DNA of 64,000 nt from Azolla caroliniana. Its lineage: Eukaryota; Plantae; Polypodiophyta. Location of the stretch: positions 7,130,001 through 7,194,000 of the forward strand of contig JBHGNT010000007.1 in the NCBI GenBank assembly GCA_043228905.1, written 5' to 3'. Position 1 is the first letter of the stretch; each line of letters starts with the position of its first letter. The notes under the pieces are model-generated. The model worked only from the letters and a program-made list of their open reading frames with translations, searched no databases and was not told the origin of the DNA. Made by a program: the position numbers and the translations under genes. Below are positions 11,855-24,585 of this stretch, piece by piece.

Positions 11855-13704
11855 TTAGTGTCGAGGATAAACATCCTTCCTTCACGGCGCCCTTGCACGA
11901 TTACTTTGTCTTCCTCTTCTATGAAGCAGCTAAGATGCGTGAATTGAACCTGCATACCTTGGTCGATGATCTGTCCAACCGACACAAGGTTCTTTGTTAT
12001 TGTCGGGACGTGCAACACGTTCATTAGCTTCCCTTTCTGCCCGACATGGTTGAGGGGAACTTCACCGACATGTTTGATGGTGTGCGGAGTGTCGTCTCCC
12101 TTTTCCGGTTTCTCCAAGTACGAGAACCATTCCTCGTGACTCGTCATATGATTTGACGCTCCGGAATCCACATACCACACCTTGCTCGATTTCGAGGTGT
12201 TCACGACCATTGAATTGGCTTTATGCTTCATTACAAAGGCAGGGCCCGCTCCATTTCCGGCTAGTTCGGAGCCCTCAGCGTAGTGCGATCTTTGACCCCT
12301 TCCTACGTCTCTTCCGCTCAGTCCAACTTTGTCCGAGTCGGCTCACTTTTCCCAGCACTCGCTCTCCTTGTGGCCTTTCTTGCCACAGTACCAACATTCT
12401 GACACGGCCTTCTCTTGTCATCTTCCAGCGCCGCCATGACTCCCCCCGCTTCCGGAGGATTCAGAATTGCTTCCAGCATCTCGATTATGTTGTACATTTT
12501 GCTCTTTTCGGCCACCTCCATTGCGCGCTGATCCGCCTTGTTCACCACGACCACGGGGCCTATCATCCTTCGTATAGAGCATCTTGCCATTGGCGTGTGC
12601 ACTCGTCAATGCACCCGCGTGGTTTTCTTCTACGAGCAACATTTACTGAAGCTCGAAAAATGAAGGCGTAGTCTCCCTCGTGCAGACTGTCATTCAGAAA
12701 GGTCCGAACTTTGATGGCAAGCCACCAAGACAAACCTGCACCATTTCATCTTCCTCGACGTTCACGTTGACGGAGGTGAGAGAGTCGTAGATTTCTTTGA
12801 TCTTGGTGGTGTAATCAGCCACCGACATATCTCTTTGTCATACATTGCTGAGCTCTTGTCTGAGCTGCAACTTTCTGGCCGTTGTGTTGGCAGCAAAAAT
12901 CCTTTTGAGATTCGCCCACGTGTCATTCGGTGTCTTGGCATCCCGAATATAACTAGAAAGCTGATCACTCACACAAGACGTGAAGTAGTACAACACTTTG
13001 CTTGCCGCTTGTTCCCAAGCCAGATAGTCCTTGTGTGTTGAGTCGGGTGCCACATCGTTTGCTCCTTCGACATAACTCTAGTAGCCATGCCCGAGCAGGT
13101 ACTGGTCCATCTTGTAAGACCAAGATGCGTAGTTGCTCCTATCAAGCTTTTCAGTCGGTAGCGAGCTTCCCATACCTCTGTCCATATTGTTGTCTTTTTC
13201 TTTTCCGAACAAAAAACAAAGAACAACTTCAAATCTGTTTTATCGCAAGCTTTTCTTCTTGGCTGCAGAGGACTTCAACCCTCGCACTCTAATACCATGT
13301 AAAAGAATACGTTGTGCGGAAGCGTATGCGAAAGATAGAGTACACAATTCGGAGAACTCAGAAAACACAGAGATGGAGATGGAGATGGAGAGACGGAGAG
13401 AGAGCAGACAACACAGTTCAATTTCAAAATAATGAGACTTTGTTCTATATATACTTCGTCCTCTGTGAGCACCTTATATACAAGCCCTGACAATCGGGCT
13501 GACACAAGTACTGACAGTAGTTGACGCTCATAAATGAGCCGCTACATTCACTCCCAAAATTATTCCTTACGAGGAATATCTCTCTAATGGCCTTTTGGTT
13601 TACGGACCGATACGGTCAGGTTGTGCATACTAACTTACGCGTCCAGTCTACGCACTGGGTTACGCGCCATATTACGCACCCAATGTTGAGCTTGTATCTC
13701 AACA
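11855..13704 (-). mobile_element. copia F, 5' portion (LTR, PBS, gag, protease)
   Basis: LTR 13298-13704 (TG..CA, related to copia A/C/G LTRs), degenerate Met PBS 13286-13297, gag KLDRSNYASW, protease WYVDSGASNHM. Its LTR abuts copia RT sequence at 13705. Confidence 0.88.
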
Positions 13705-13974
13705 ATCTCCCAACGGCACTACATTCTCAACTTGTTATACAAGTTCAGGATGACTGGGTGCAAGTTTGTGGCAACACCTCTCGACCGAAACCTCAAACTA
13801 CATGCCAATTCTAGCACCACAGAGTGTGAGCCGAATCAGTATCGACAACTGATCAGTAGTCTTGTCTACCTCACGATCACTCGACCAGACCTGAGCTATC
13901 CGGTCGGCCTTCTTAGCCAGTTCATGCAAATGCCACGAGATATCCATTTGGATTGTGCAAAGAGAGTGCTACGA
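13705..13974 (+). pseudogene. copia D RT fragment (host of gypsy A), continues at 32165
   Basis: ISQRHYILNLL...[11 protein letters not shown]...AKRVLR, resuming after the ACGA TSD at 32165 as RYTSVTMDYGILYK. Confidence 0.9.
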
Positions 13975-14636
13975 TGTCGTGAAGAAAACCGTCCCTTAGC
14001 GTAATCGGTGCATAGCGCGCGTGAACCGGCTCTTCACGCGTGCGCGCCCTTTAATGTATACAATAGAGAATTGGGTACAAAGGTATATCCTAGGTAGTTA
14101 GATTCGGTAGGTAGGAAGTTAGTGAGGGAAACGGCTCCCCTCTTGAAGCTATAAAAGAGAGGGAGACGCGGGAGAGACGGGGCATTAATTTTTATTGAGG
14201 AGGACGAAGTGCTGTCGGACTGAAACCGAACGCTTCTCCTCTGTTTGTTCTCCATCGCTCTTCTCTGCAGGTTTTCGGGAGGCTCGCGCTGCTTCGAGGA
14301 ACGCCCATGTGCTTCCGGCAGCACCTCCATCCTATCCCCTTTCGTGCGCAGACGAGCAGGCATCGGCATCTGTTCGCCGGCCTGTTCGGTTGTAACCGCT
14401 CGGCGCGTGCTCTGTTGTTTATCTGTCATTCATTAATATACAAACATTCGTGTCTCTCTGTCTCTGTGTCCATTCGTGTCTTCTGCGTTGACAGGGCCGT
14501 GTCCCTGAGTTTCCTTGCTCATACGTAACCAAGCGTCTCTCTCTTTCTCTTTCCCCTTCTATCACCTGCTCTTTGGTTCAAGACCCTAGTGGTCCCGCCT
14601 CGTTCTCCACGCACGCGCGTAGCAACGCGACATCTT

Positions 14637-14654
14637 TGGTGAACCCGACGTGAA
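14637..14654 (+). promoter_or_regulatory. primer binding site, tRNA-Trp
   Basis: TGGTGAACCCGACGTGAA, complementary to the 3' end of plant cytosolic tRNA-Trp (..TTCACGTCGGGTTCA-CCA, from memory). Same 18-mer in gypsy B at 30927-30944. Confidence 0.85.
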
Positions 14655-16450
14655 CAAGGCGGCAGAGGAGCAGAAGATGAGGGGGTCGGATCTTGCAGAG
14701 GCCATGGCTTCGGCCGTGGACCGGATAATGAGCGTGCGCGAGGGCACCGGCGCCCTTGACAGGGCTATTGAGCCGATCGTCGGTAGGATCGGCCGGTTCA
14801 GTGGAAAGGATGCAACGAGTTATTTGGCGTCCTACCGGGCGGAGATGTTGATGATGGATATTCCGGAAGAGAGGCGTCTTGCCGGATTCCCTCGAGTGGC
14901 GATGCCGGGCATCCATGCGAAGGTGCTTGAGGTCCGGGCGAAGAGCCGGACCTGGGAGGAGTTCAAAGGACGGCTCCTAGAGAAATACGGGCTGGATGAC
15001 GCGCTTCGACTTTCGAAGCGGGGCTTCATGGAGTGGGTGGAGTCCCCCAACAAAGGAAGAAATGCGTCGGTACTCCTCCGGGAGTTTGAGGAACGCTTTG
15101 CGCGCCTTTCGGCGCTCGATCAGACCGTTCTGGACACAAGTCGTGTCCTACTGTTTGTCAAATCGGTTGACGAACGGGATCGGGAGCAAGTGGGCTCCTT
15201 ACTGGAAACTGAAGACGGGGTGACGGCCGACTGGGCCGCGGTAAAAGGAGTCTGTGGCCGTTTTGACAAACGGCGGGAGTGGGCTGATACAGGGGCGACC
15301 GGGGCGGGTCCTGTCACAGCAAGGAAGCTCGAACCGATACCACAGGCGCGAAGGGAAGAGACCCGGGAGTGGCTCGAAACCGGTTTGGCTTTGACCGGCG
15401 TGGTCAGAGGCTCGTCCGGGGGAGCAGCTTTGGAGGAGTTGACACGGGCGATAAAGGATCTCTAGATTGCCCAAGCTCGGAGGGAAGGCGGCGAACAAGC
15501 TCGTGACCGACGGCCTCCGGTAGGAAATAGGTGCATGTGGTGCGATGAGGTCGGCCACATCCGGAAAGACTGCGGGGACTTTGCGCAGGCTTTGAGAAGC
15601 CGAGTAGTGTACCTATGGGAAGGTCGAGTGCACGCCAACGATACCCGGAGGGCCCTGAACGGAAACGACGGGCGAGGAGGAATGAAAAGGCTGATGGAAG
15701 AGGCGGCGGCCCGGCACGCGGAGACCGTCCACTACTCGGCGTCACCCGGTATTCGGGTCGGAGGTAGCGAGGCCCGGAAGGAGAGCAAAGCCGGGTTTTG
15801 GCCGACGATGCTGGAAGGCCTCGCCGGTGCTCCACTAAGGAAAGACGAGGCGGACCGCGCGGAGAAGCGGGTCCAGGAGGTAACCGGGTGGAGTGACCCG
15901 GTCGAAGAAAAGACGGGTTTCGTCGAAGCAGCTTGCCAGCACTACGAGGCTCTGGTTGAAGACAAACGGGTAGGTAAAATCGGAGGGGCCGGACCCTCAC
16001 AGAGATACGAAACCCAATTCGGGCCGAAACGGAACGAGGCCGGCGAGACCAGTGCCCGGGATAACCACAAGAAGGGCAGATACCGGTTGGGCACGGACAT
16101 TGAAAGGACCACGGACCTACGAAAGGTCCTGGAAGAACGAATCCTCGACAGCAAGGTGGAACTGTCGTTGTGGGAGGTGCTCGGAATCGCCAAGAAGGAG
16201 TTCCACGACTCCATCGTAGACTTGGTGAAGAGGAAGAGGTTGTCGACGGAGACAGAACCGGAAAGGCCGGTGGAGGTGCGGACGACGCACATAGAGGACA
16301 TGGCGCTGGAAGACGAGTGGGCGGAGAGCCACTATTCGAGGCCACACTAGGCCCGAGCGACCACGGAAACCCCGGTGAAGATTGGAGATGTTCAGGAACC
16401 GGTGGTGGCGCTGGTGGACCACGGTTCGGAAATAAACCTGATGTCCATGG

Positions 16451-19400
16451 TGTAGAAAGTAGCGTGTGGAAGCAAGTATGAAGACCGAACAGAAGGAAGG
16501 AAACTCAGGTTTAATGGAGAGCTTGAGCTTACACGCTATACGCGGGAGAGACAGAGAGAGAGTGAGAGAAGACACAAAAAACTATATTCAACAATAATAC
16601 TCAATCTGTACATAAGACGTGCTCAGTGAGCACTTTTATACAAGTCCTAGAAGGACTGACCGAAGTACTAATAGTACTTCAATGCTCATCAAGAGCTCCT
16701 ACACTAACTCCCAAATATATTCCTCACGGAATATCTTTCCTAACAACCTCCCGGTTTACGCACTCGGCCTAACCGATCAGTCCCAACCGATCCGGTCCTC
16801 GGCTTCTTCAGCCAATCCGGCCGATGTTGAGCTTGTCTCTCAACACTCCCCCTCAAGCTCAACTCGAGGCTCTTCGGGATCCTCGGGCTCACAGCTCCGG
16901 TTCCTCCAGGCTTCACGCCTCGCTCGCGCTCCTCGACCTGTTCGACTCCGCGCGCTTCGACCCTTCCGGTCGGCTTGTCTGCTCATGCGGCCCTTATCAG
17001 CTCTTCTGTTGTTGCGGTGTTGACGCTTCTCCTGCTGCCTTTTCTTCCGCTTGGGCCTCGGTTGATTCAGCGTATTTGAATCAAACATCCGAACCGACTC
17101 GGCTACCTCCGATCGGTTTTCGCTCTCGTCCAAGTTGGTTGTCTCCAACTCGTCTTCGGTCTTCTCGCCCTCGATGGCGTCATCCTCCTCATGCGTGGTT
17201 GGCTTCGGCTCTTTCCTTCGGCTGCTCCCCTTCTGTCCGCTTTCGGACTTTTCCGTGGGTTCGCCCTCAGCTTCTTCAGCCGATCCGAAGTCGAACTCGA
17301 CAACCGAGTCAACCGACTTGGTGGTGTCGCGGTCTACAACCAAGTCAACCGACTCGGTGGTGTCGCGATCTCCGCTCCTTTCCTGCTGCCTTGCTTGGTC
17401 GTTCGGGACTATTCTCCCCCTCAAGTTCGGCACGTCAAGGTGACGCAACCCGAGCGCACCTGAGAATTGCCGCAACTTGTCCAGACCAAGCGGCTTTGTG
17501 AAGATGTCGGCAGTCTGCTGATCCGTCGGCACGTACTGAAGTTCGACTTCACCGGAAAGGACACGCGCACGGACGAAATGGTAGTGCACCTCAATGTGCT
17601 TGGTCTGTGCGTGGAAAACAGGGTTTTTCGCGAGCTGGATGCTGCTGAGGTTGTCGTAGTAGATCGTCATCGGATTGGACACCTCCTCTTGCAGGTCCTT
17701 AAGTAGCCCCTTCAACCATATGGCTTCGCATGTCGCGACAGCCGCTCCTCGGTACTCTGCTTCGGTGCTCGACAGTGCAACTGGTTGCTGCTTCTTACTG
17801 CTCCACGCGATCGCGGCACTCTCGAGGGAGAACACATATCCAGACGTGGATCGGCGATCGGCGGCGTTGCCAGCCCAATCAGCATCGGTGTAGCCGACTA
17901 ACTGCGCGGCTGCACCGGTCCGCTATAGCAGTCCCCGGTCCTTAGTGCCGTTGACATACCGAAGTATGCGTTGCGCACACTGAAGGTTCTCCTCGGTAGG
18001 TCGCGCCATGAACTGACTGATCACCCCGACCGGATAACTGAGGTCAGGTCGGGTGATGGTCAAGTATATGAGGCTTCCAACAATTTGTCGGAACCTCGTC
18101 GGGTCGCATACCTTTCCCGTATCGGGATGAAGCTTGACGGTTCCGTCTAGAGGAGTCGAGATGGACTTACAGTCGGCCATCCCGAGTTTGAAGAGCATAC
18201 TCAGCACGTAATGACGTTGGCTGATCAATATGCCTTCGGGAGTACGGATCACTTCGATCCCGAGGAAGTAATGAAGGTCCCCCAGGTCCTTCATGTCGAA
18301 CGATGTCGCAAGCTGGAGCTTCACGCGGTCGATTTCACCTAGGTCGACGCCTGTGATGACCAAGTCATCAACATACAGTAAAATACTAACCGGTCCGAGT
18401 CGACCTTTCCGGATGAACAGGGAAGAGTCCGATTTTGACGTGACGAAGCCCAACCGACGCAGTTGTTGCGTGATCTTCACGTTCCAGGCACACGGGGCTT
18501 GCTTCAGTCCATAAAGGGACTTCTTCAGTCGGTATATTACCGAGGAGTTCGTTCCAGAGTGAAATCCGGGGGGCTGTACCATGTACACCTGTTCCTCAAG
18601 GTCACCTTGCAGGAACGCATTCTTTACATCCATCTGATGTAAGTGCCACCCCTTGGCCGCGGCTACTACGAGCAAAACACGGACGGTCGTCATTTTCGCG
18701 ACCGGCACAAACGTCTCATCGTAGTCGATGCCGTGTTTCTGCGCGTAGCCCTTTGCCACTAGCCGAGCCTTCTACCGGTTGACCGAGCCATTGGTGTTGT
18801 ACTTGACCTTGTACACCCACCTACACCCGAGCGGCTTCACACCCTTCTGTGCGTCAACCTGGTCCCAGGTCTCGTTCTCTACCGATGCGTGCATCTCTTC
18901 TTCCATCGCGGCACGCCAATTCCCGTCTTTAGCCGCTTCTGCGTAGCTCTCTGGCTCACGCACTTCCGCTACACGGGTCATGTACGCATAATGATGCGCC
19001 ATGTACTCGTTGTATCCGAACCGCACAACTGGGTTCTTTTGGCGGGTAGATCGGCATAATCTCACATTAGCCGATGTCGAGGCCTTCTCGGTTGACGCGG
19101 TCTTCATCTTTAAAGACCTGTCACCGGTTCCCTCGGAGTCGGACTCGCGTCGGTCTGACTCGTTCCTTTCCGTGCCGAAATCCGACACCTTCTTCTTCCC
19201 TTTCTCTTTGCGCGTAAGCCGTCTCCTCGGCTTCCTGCGCGGGGAATGCACGGCCGAGTCTCCACCACTCGCCGGCTCTTCATCGGACTGGTCGTACCAA
19301 CTCAGTCGTCCAATCGGTCCACTTAACCGGAGTGAAATCGGACTCTCTTCGCGGGTCTCGATTTCGGGCTCATCCGGAGGCATCTTGGCCTCGCTGACCT

Positions 19401-22181
19401 CATCGTCAGAGCTCGGATGGGAGTCGAGGTTCGTAGTCGGGGGCAGGTACCAGGACGCGGACTCGTCAAACACAACGTCGCGGCTGACACGCGCTTGTTT
19501 GGTGCGAGGGTTATAGCACTTATAACCCTTCTGCTCGTCCGAGTAACCGACCAAGATGCACTTCTCGGCCTTTGCGTCCAGCTTCCTCCTTTTCTCCTTC
19601 GGTATATGCACATACGCAATGCTACCGAACACCCTCAAGTGTCGCAAGTTCGGCTTCGTTCCGAAGTATAGCTCGTGCGCCGACACTTTGTCTCCGATCC
19701 GGTTATGGATGTATACCGCGGTCCTTACCGCCTCGGCCCAATAGAACTTGGGCAAGCTCTTCTCCTCCAGCATTGCCCGTGCCGCTTCCACAACTGACCG
19801 ATTCTTTCTCTCGGCCACGCCGTTCTGCTCTAGCGTGTATCTACAACTGAATTCGCGGCGAATTCCCATTTGTTGTAGGTAACCGTTGAATTGACCGGAA
19901 AAGTACTCTTTCCCGCCATCCGACCGCAGGCACTTGATCTTTCGTCCCATTTCGGTTTCCACGAACCCTTTGAGGTCCCGGAAACAGTCGAAGACTTCGC
20001 TCTTCCTCTCAATGAGGTAGATCCATGTGTGCCGCGTGTGGTCGTCAATGAAGGAGACGAAATATCGGCTCCCGCCAAGACTAACGTTTTGTGCCGGCCC
20101 CCACACATCCGAGTGTATAAGGTCGAGCTTGTTCCGGCTCCAGTTTCGCTCGTTGGGGAAAGGAAGTCGGTGTTGCTTCCCGAGCTGGCAGGCTTCACAA
20201 AATTGTGCCTTTCGGCCACTAAATTTGGGCAATCCGAACACTACCTGTTTCGATTGCAGATCTTGAAGCCGCTAGTAGTTGACGTGGCCTATCCGTTTGT
20301 GCCACAAGTTGATGTCCGACTCGGTTTTTTGTCCCTTCGCGAACATTGCGGTGCCGCCGTCAGTGGAGTCGAGGATGAACATCCTCTCGTCTCTGCGCCC
20401 TTGCGCAATCACACGACCTTCTTCCTCAATGAAGCACTCGAGGTGTGTAAACTGAACCTCCATCCCTTGGTTGACGATCTGTCCGACCGAGACCAAGTTT
20501 TTCGTGATTGTCGGAACGTGCAACACGTTCATGAGTTTCCCTTTCTGCCCGACGTGGCTAAGGGGAACTTCTCTGACATTCGCGATCGGATGCGAAGTGT
20601 CGTCTCCAGTTGCGACTACTCCAGGCTGTATCGGTTTTTCGAGGTACGAGAACCACTCCTTATGGCTCGTCATGTGGTTTGACGCGCCAGAGTCTACGTA
20701 CCACACCTCGTCCGATCTCGGGGTGGTCTGCTTCATTGAGTTTGCTTCGTGTCTCGTCACGAAGGCAGTCCCTTCTCCAGCTCTCCTGGAGTATTCGGCG
20801 TAGTGCGATCGCTGCCGATTTCCCTTGTCGGTATGTCTGGAGCCGTTCCCAGAACCAGTTCTCTCTGAATCAGCGCGCTTCTTCCAGCACTCACTTTCCT
20901 TGTGGCCTTTCTTGCCACAGTACTAGCACTCCGCGATGGACTTCCCTTGCCGGTTGTCATCGCTTCGACTCCCCCTGTTTCCGGAGGGTCCGGAGGTTCT
21001 GTCGGCATCACTTCGGTGCCTTCTTTCTTGATCTCGTCGGCCGCCTCCATTGCGTGCCGACTCGCCTCGTCCTCCACGTCCACGGGGCCTATCTCCCTCC
21101 GTGTACAACATTCTGTTGTCGGTGTGCGTGCTTGTAGACGCACCCATGTGGTTCTCCTCTACCAGGAGCATCGACTGTAAGTCGAAAAGGGACGGCGTAT
21201 TCTCCCGGGTACACACAGCCGTTCGGAACGCTCCGAACTTCGACGCCAAACCTCCGAGATAGATTTGGACCATCTCGCTCTCCTCGATGTTCACCTCTAT
21301 GGAGGCGAGGGAGTCGCAGATATCCTTGATCTTCGAGGTATAGTCCGCCACCGACAAGTCGCGTTGTCGTAGGTTGCTCAACTCCTGTCGGAGCTGAAGC
21401 TTCCTGGCTGTGGTGCTCGCGGCGAAAATCTTCTTCAGATTTTCCCACGCACCCTTCGGCGTCTTTGCATCCCGAACATAGCTCAATAGCTGTTCGCCCA
21501 CACACGACGCGAAGCAGTATAATACCCTGCTCGCCGATTGCTCCCACGACGGGAAGTCTCTGTGTGTCGATTCGGGTGCCGCGTCATTAGCTCCTTCGAT
21601 ATAACTCCAGTAGTCGTGCCCGAGCAGGTACTGGTGCATCTTGTAGGACCAAGACGCGTAGTTGGTTCTGTCGAGCTTCTCTGTTGGAAGTGAGCTCGCC
21701 ATGCCTCTATCCATCATTCTTCTTGTTCTTCTTCGTCAAGCTGTGTCGGCTGCAGAGAGGTTCTCAATCCTCGCACTTTGATACCATGTAGAAATTAGTG
21801 TGCGGAAGCAAGTATGAAGACCGAACAGAAGGAAGGAAACTCAGGTTTAATGGAGAGCTTGAGCTTACACGCTATACGCGGGAGAGACAGAGAGAGAGTG
21901 AGAGAAGACACAAAAAACTATATTCAACAATAATACTCAATCTGTACATAAGACGTGCTCAGTGAACACTTTTATACAAGTCCTAGAAGGATTGACCGAA
22001 GTATTGACAGTACTTCAATGCTCATCAAGAGCTCCTACACTAACTCCCAAATATATTCCTCACGGAATATCTTTCCTAACGACCTCCCGGTTTACGCACT
22101 CGGCCTAACCGATCGGTCCCAACCGATCCGGTCCTCGGCTTCTTCAGCCGATCCGGCCGATGTTGAGCTTGTCTCTCAACA
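16451..22181 (-). mobile_element. full-length Ty1/copia element (copia C)
   Basis: LTRs 16451-16845 and 21787-22181 (395 bp each, about 11 mismatches by eye, nearly all transitions). 5-bp TSD CATGG (16446-16450, 22182-22186), PPT 16846-16854, Met PBS 21775-21786. Confidence 0.97.
16840..21717 (-). pseudogene. copia C gag-pol with a few nonsense mutations and a long C-terminal tail
   Basis: All copia domains present in order, broken mainly by TAG codons; the reading frame runs past RNase H to the PPT/LTR. Confidence 0.95.
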
Positions 22182-24585
22182 CATGGACTTCTACAAGAAG
22201 GGGAAATGGGCGATCAACACCAAGCATGGGTGGAAGATACGGGCGGCGACGCGCGCCACCGAGGAACTACACGGGGCCTGCCCAAATGTGCGAGTCAAGA
22301 TCGGCGACGTCGAGATAGACTAGCACTTCTTTGTGCAGGAGACGTCCTCGCACCCGGTCATACTGGGAGAACCATACATTACGGTAGCACGGATGGAGAC
22401 CAAGGTGCTGGACAACGGGTCGGCTTACGCGAGGGTCAAGAGTCAGGACGGGCGTCATTCGGTCCAGTTCCTGACGGTGCGACCGAACCACGAGCGAAAC
22501 CGCGAGTCCCTCGGTGGCGAGAACCGAGAGGATTTTTAGAGAGGGTTGGCAAGGCGTGCGGCCGCGATAGTTCGGACACTCCGGGAAAACCCCACAAATG
22601 TACGATAGAGGTGAAACCGAAGAAACCTTGTACCATAAGTAGGAAGTTTTGTTTCTCCGACAACGGAGGGTGTACGATAGTTGGCGTCGTTGGCCGAGAA
22701 AAGACAAGGGCGGAAGAGCGACTTCAGGCGTGCGGAGTTCTCGGGCCCAGCGAGGAAATCAACGGAGCCGTGGAGGCAGTCTCCTTCGACGATACCTTGG
22801 GAATACTGCGAGAGGTGGTCAGAGAGGGCCTTAAAGAGGACAGGACGATACCGGTTTGTTCTGAAGAGATGTACGAAGTCGTCGCGGACTTCAGTCGGGG
22901 GCTCGAGTCGGATCGGACGGCCCGGGTTAACACGAAGTACAAGACTGTGGACCAGAAGGTAAGGCCAGTCGCGGCACCCTTACCGGAGGGCAGCGAGTTG
23001 CGAATCAAGGGAGTCGAGTCGGACCCCAGTTTACGAGATCCGGCCTGCATAGGACACACCTTCACCGACAGAACGCTACGGGAGCTCAAAATCGGTGGGG
23101 GCGGGTTCCTACTGCCGACAGAAGAAGACCGGTTTCGGAGAATGTTCGGAAGGCATGGGAAGCCTTCGCATTCTCACCGGAAGAGATTGGGTGCGTAGAC
23201 CCGACAGTTGTGAAGCCGATGGTGATATTCACGGTACCGCATGTGCCGTGGAATCTCAAACCCATTCCGGTACCGAGAGCTCACATCCCGGAGCTGATGG
23301 AGCTGTTGAGGCAGAAAGTCGATATGGGCATCCTCGAACCGTCGAGTGCCCCGTACTCGAACCGGTGGTTTATCGTACCGAAGAAGAACGGGACGTCCAT
23401 CGGTTCGTGACAACTTGTGAGAGCTGTCAGATACACTCCATAGTCCGACATCGGGACGAGTTTCACCCTACATACCCTCCGGCCATCCACTTCAAATGGA
23501 TGGTAGATTTGGTGACGATGCTGATGGGCGTAGGGCAGATGCGATATCTGGTGCTGGCCCGGGAGGACCTGACGAACCAAGTGGAAGGCCGAGCCCTGCA
23601 GAACAAAACGACCGCGGCCGTGTGTCGGTTCCTGATCGAGGACGTGATATGCCGGTAATGGGTGCGTCGGGAAGATCGTGGCTGACTGCGGGGAGTTGGA
23701 CGTCGAAGAGGCCGAGGAGTTGTTCGACCGGTTAGGGGTCAAGCTCTCGCTCACCACAGCGTACAATCCGGAGGCGAACGGGAAGGTGGAGCGCGGACAC
23801 GGACCGATCGTCAAAGCGCTAGTCCGGGCATGCGGAGGCCAGGTCGGGAACTGGCCACGACTGTTACCTTATGCCTTGTGGGCGGACCGGACAACGCACA
23901 GTTCGGTAACCGGGTTCATGCCGTCAGAGCTCATGTTCGGACAGAAGCCGATCATGCCGATGGAACAGACGATCTCCTCTTGGGCGACAGTGGACTGGAG
24001 AGACGAGATGAGCCGGGAAGAACTGCTAACGGCGCGTATACGGCAGCTCGAGTGGAGGCCAGAGGACGTGGAGCGAGCGGCGGAGAGACTTCAGACGGCG
24101 AGGATGAGGAACAAAGCCCGGTTCGACCGAACGCACCGGCTCCGACCAAAGAAAATCGAGGAAGGCGACTGGGTGCTAGTCTACGACAGCAGCCTCGACA
24201 ACCAGCACCGGGCAACACGGAAGTTTGCAAAGCGATGGTTCGGGCCTTACGTGGTAACGAGCGCCAACGACAACGGGACGTATCACCTGGCGGAACTCGA
24301 CGATACGAGGATGGCGATACCGGTAGCAGGGAAGCGGATCAAAGCGTTCAAGAAGCGCCACGACGGCAAACCGGATCTACGAGGCCTGGACAGCGACAAC
24401 GAACAGTCCGAAACGGAGGATGAACCGATGGACGAGGAACCGGAACCCGGACCGGTTTTCTCCAACCAGAACCCAATTTTGGCGCATACCGGTGGATGCG
24501 CGGTTAGGTGGGGGCGGATGTTGTGAAGAAAACCGTCCCTTAGCGTAATTGGTGCATAGCGCGTGTGAACCGGCTCTTCACGCGT

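Larger units (their letters stand above)
14677..24526 (+). pseudogene. gypsy A gag-protease / pol, interrupted by copia C and lacking most of RT-RNase H
   Basis: Zinc knuckle CMWCDEVGHIRKDC; protease ALVDHGSEINLMS split at 16450/22187; INT core YNPEANGKVER and WFGPY; deletion junction ~23390. Confidence 0.9.

Noticed and set aside
14637-14654. tRNA gene
   Set aside because: Only an 18-nt complement to a tRNA 3' end next to an LTR, so a PBS; no cloverleaf.
24360-24526. Chromodomain at the gypsy integrase C-terminus
   Set aside because: Only a short acidic tail follows the GPY region; no chromodomain motif is visible.
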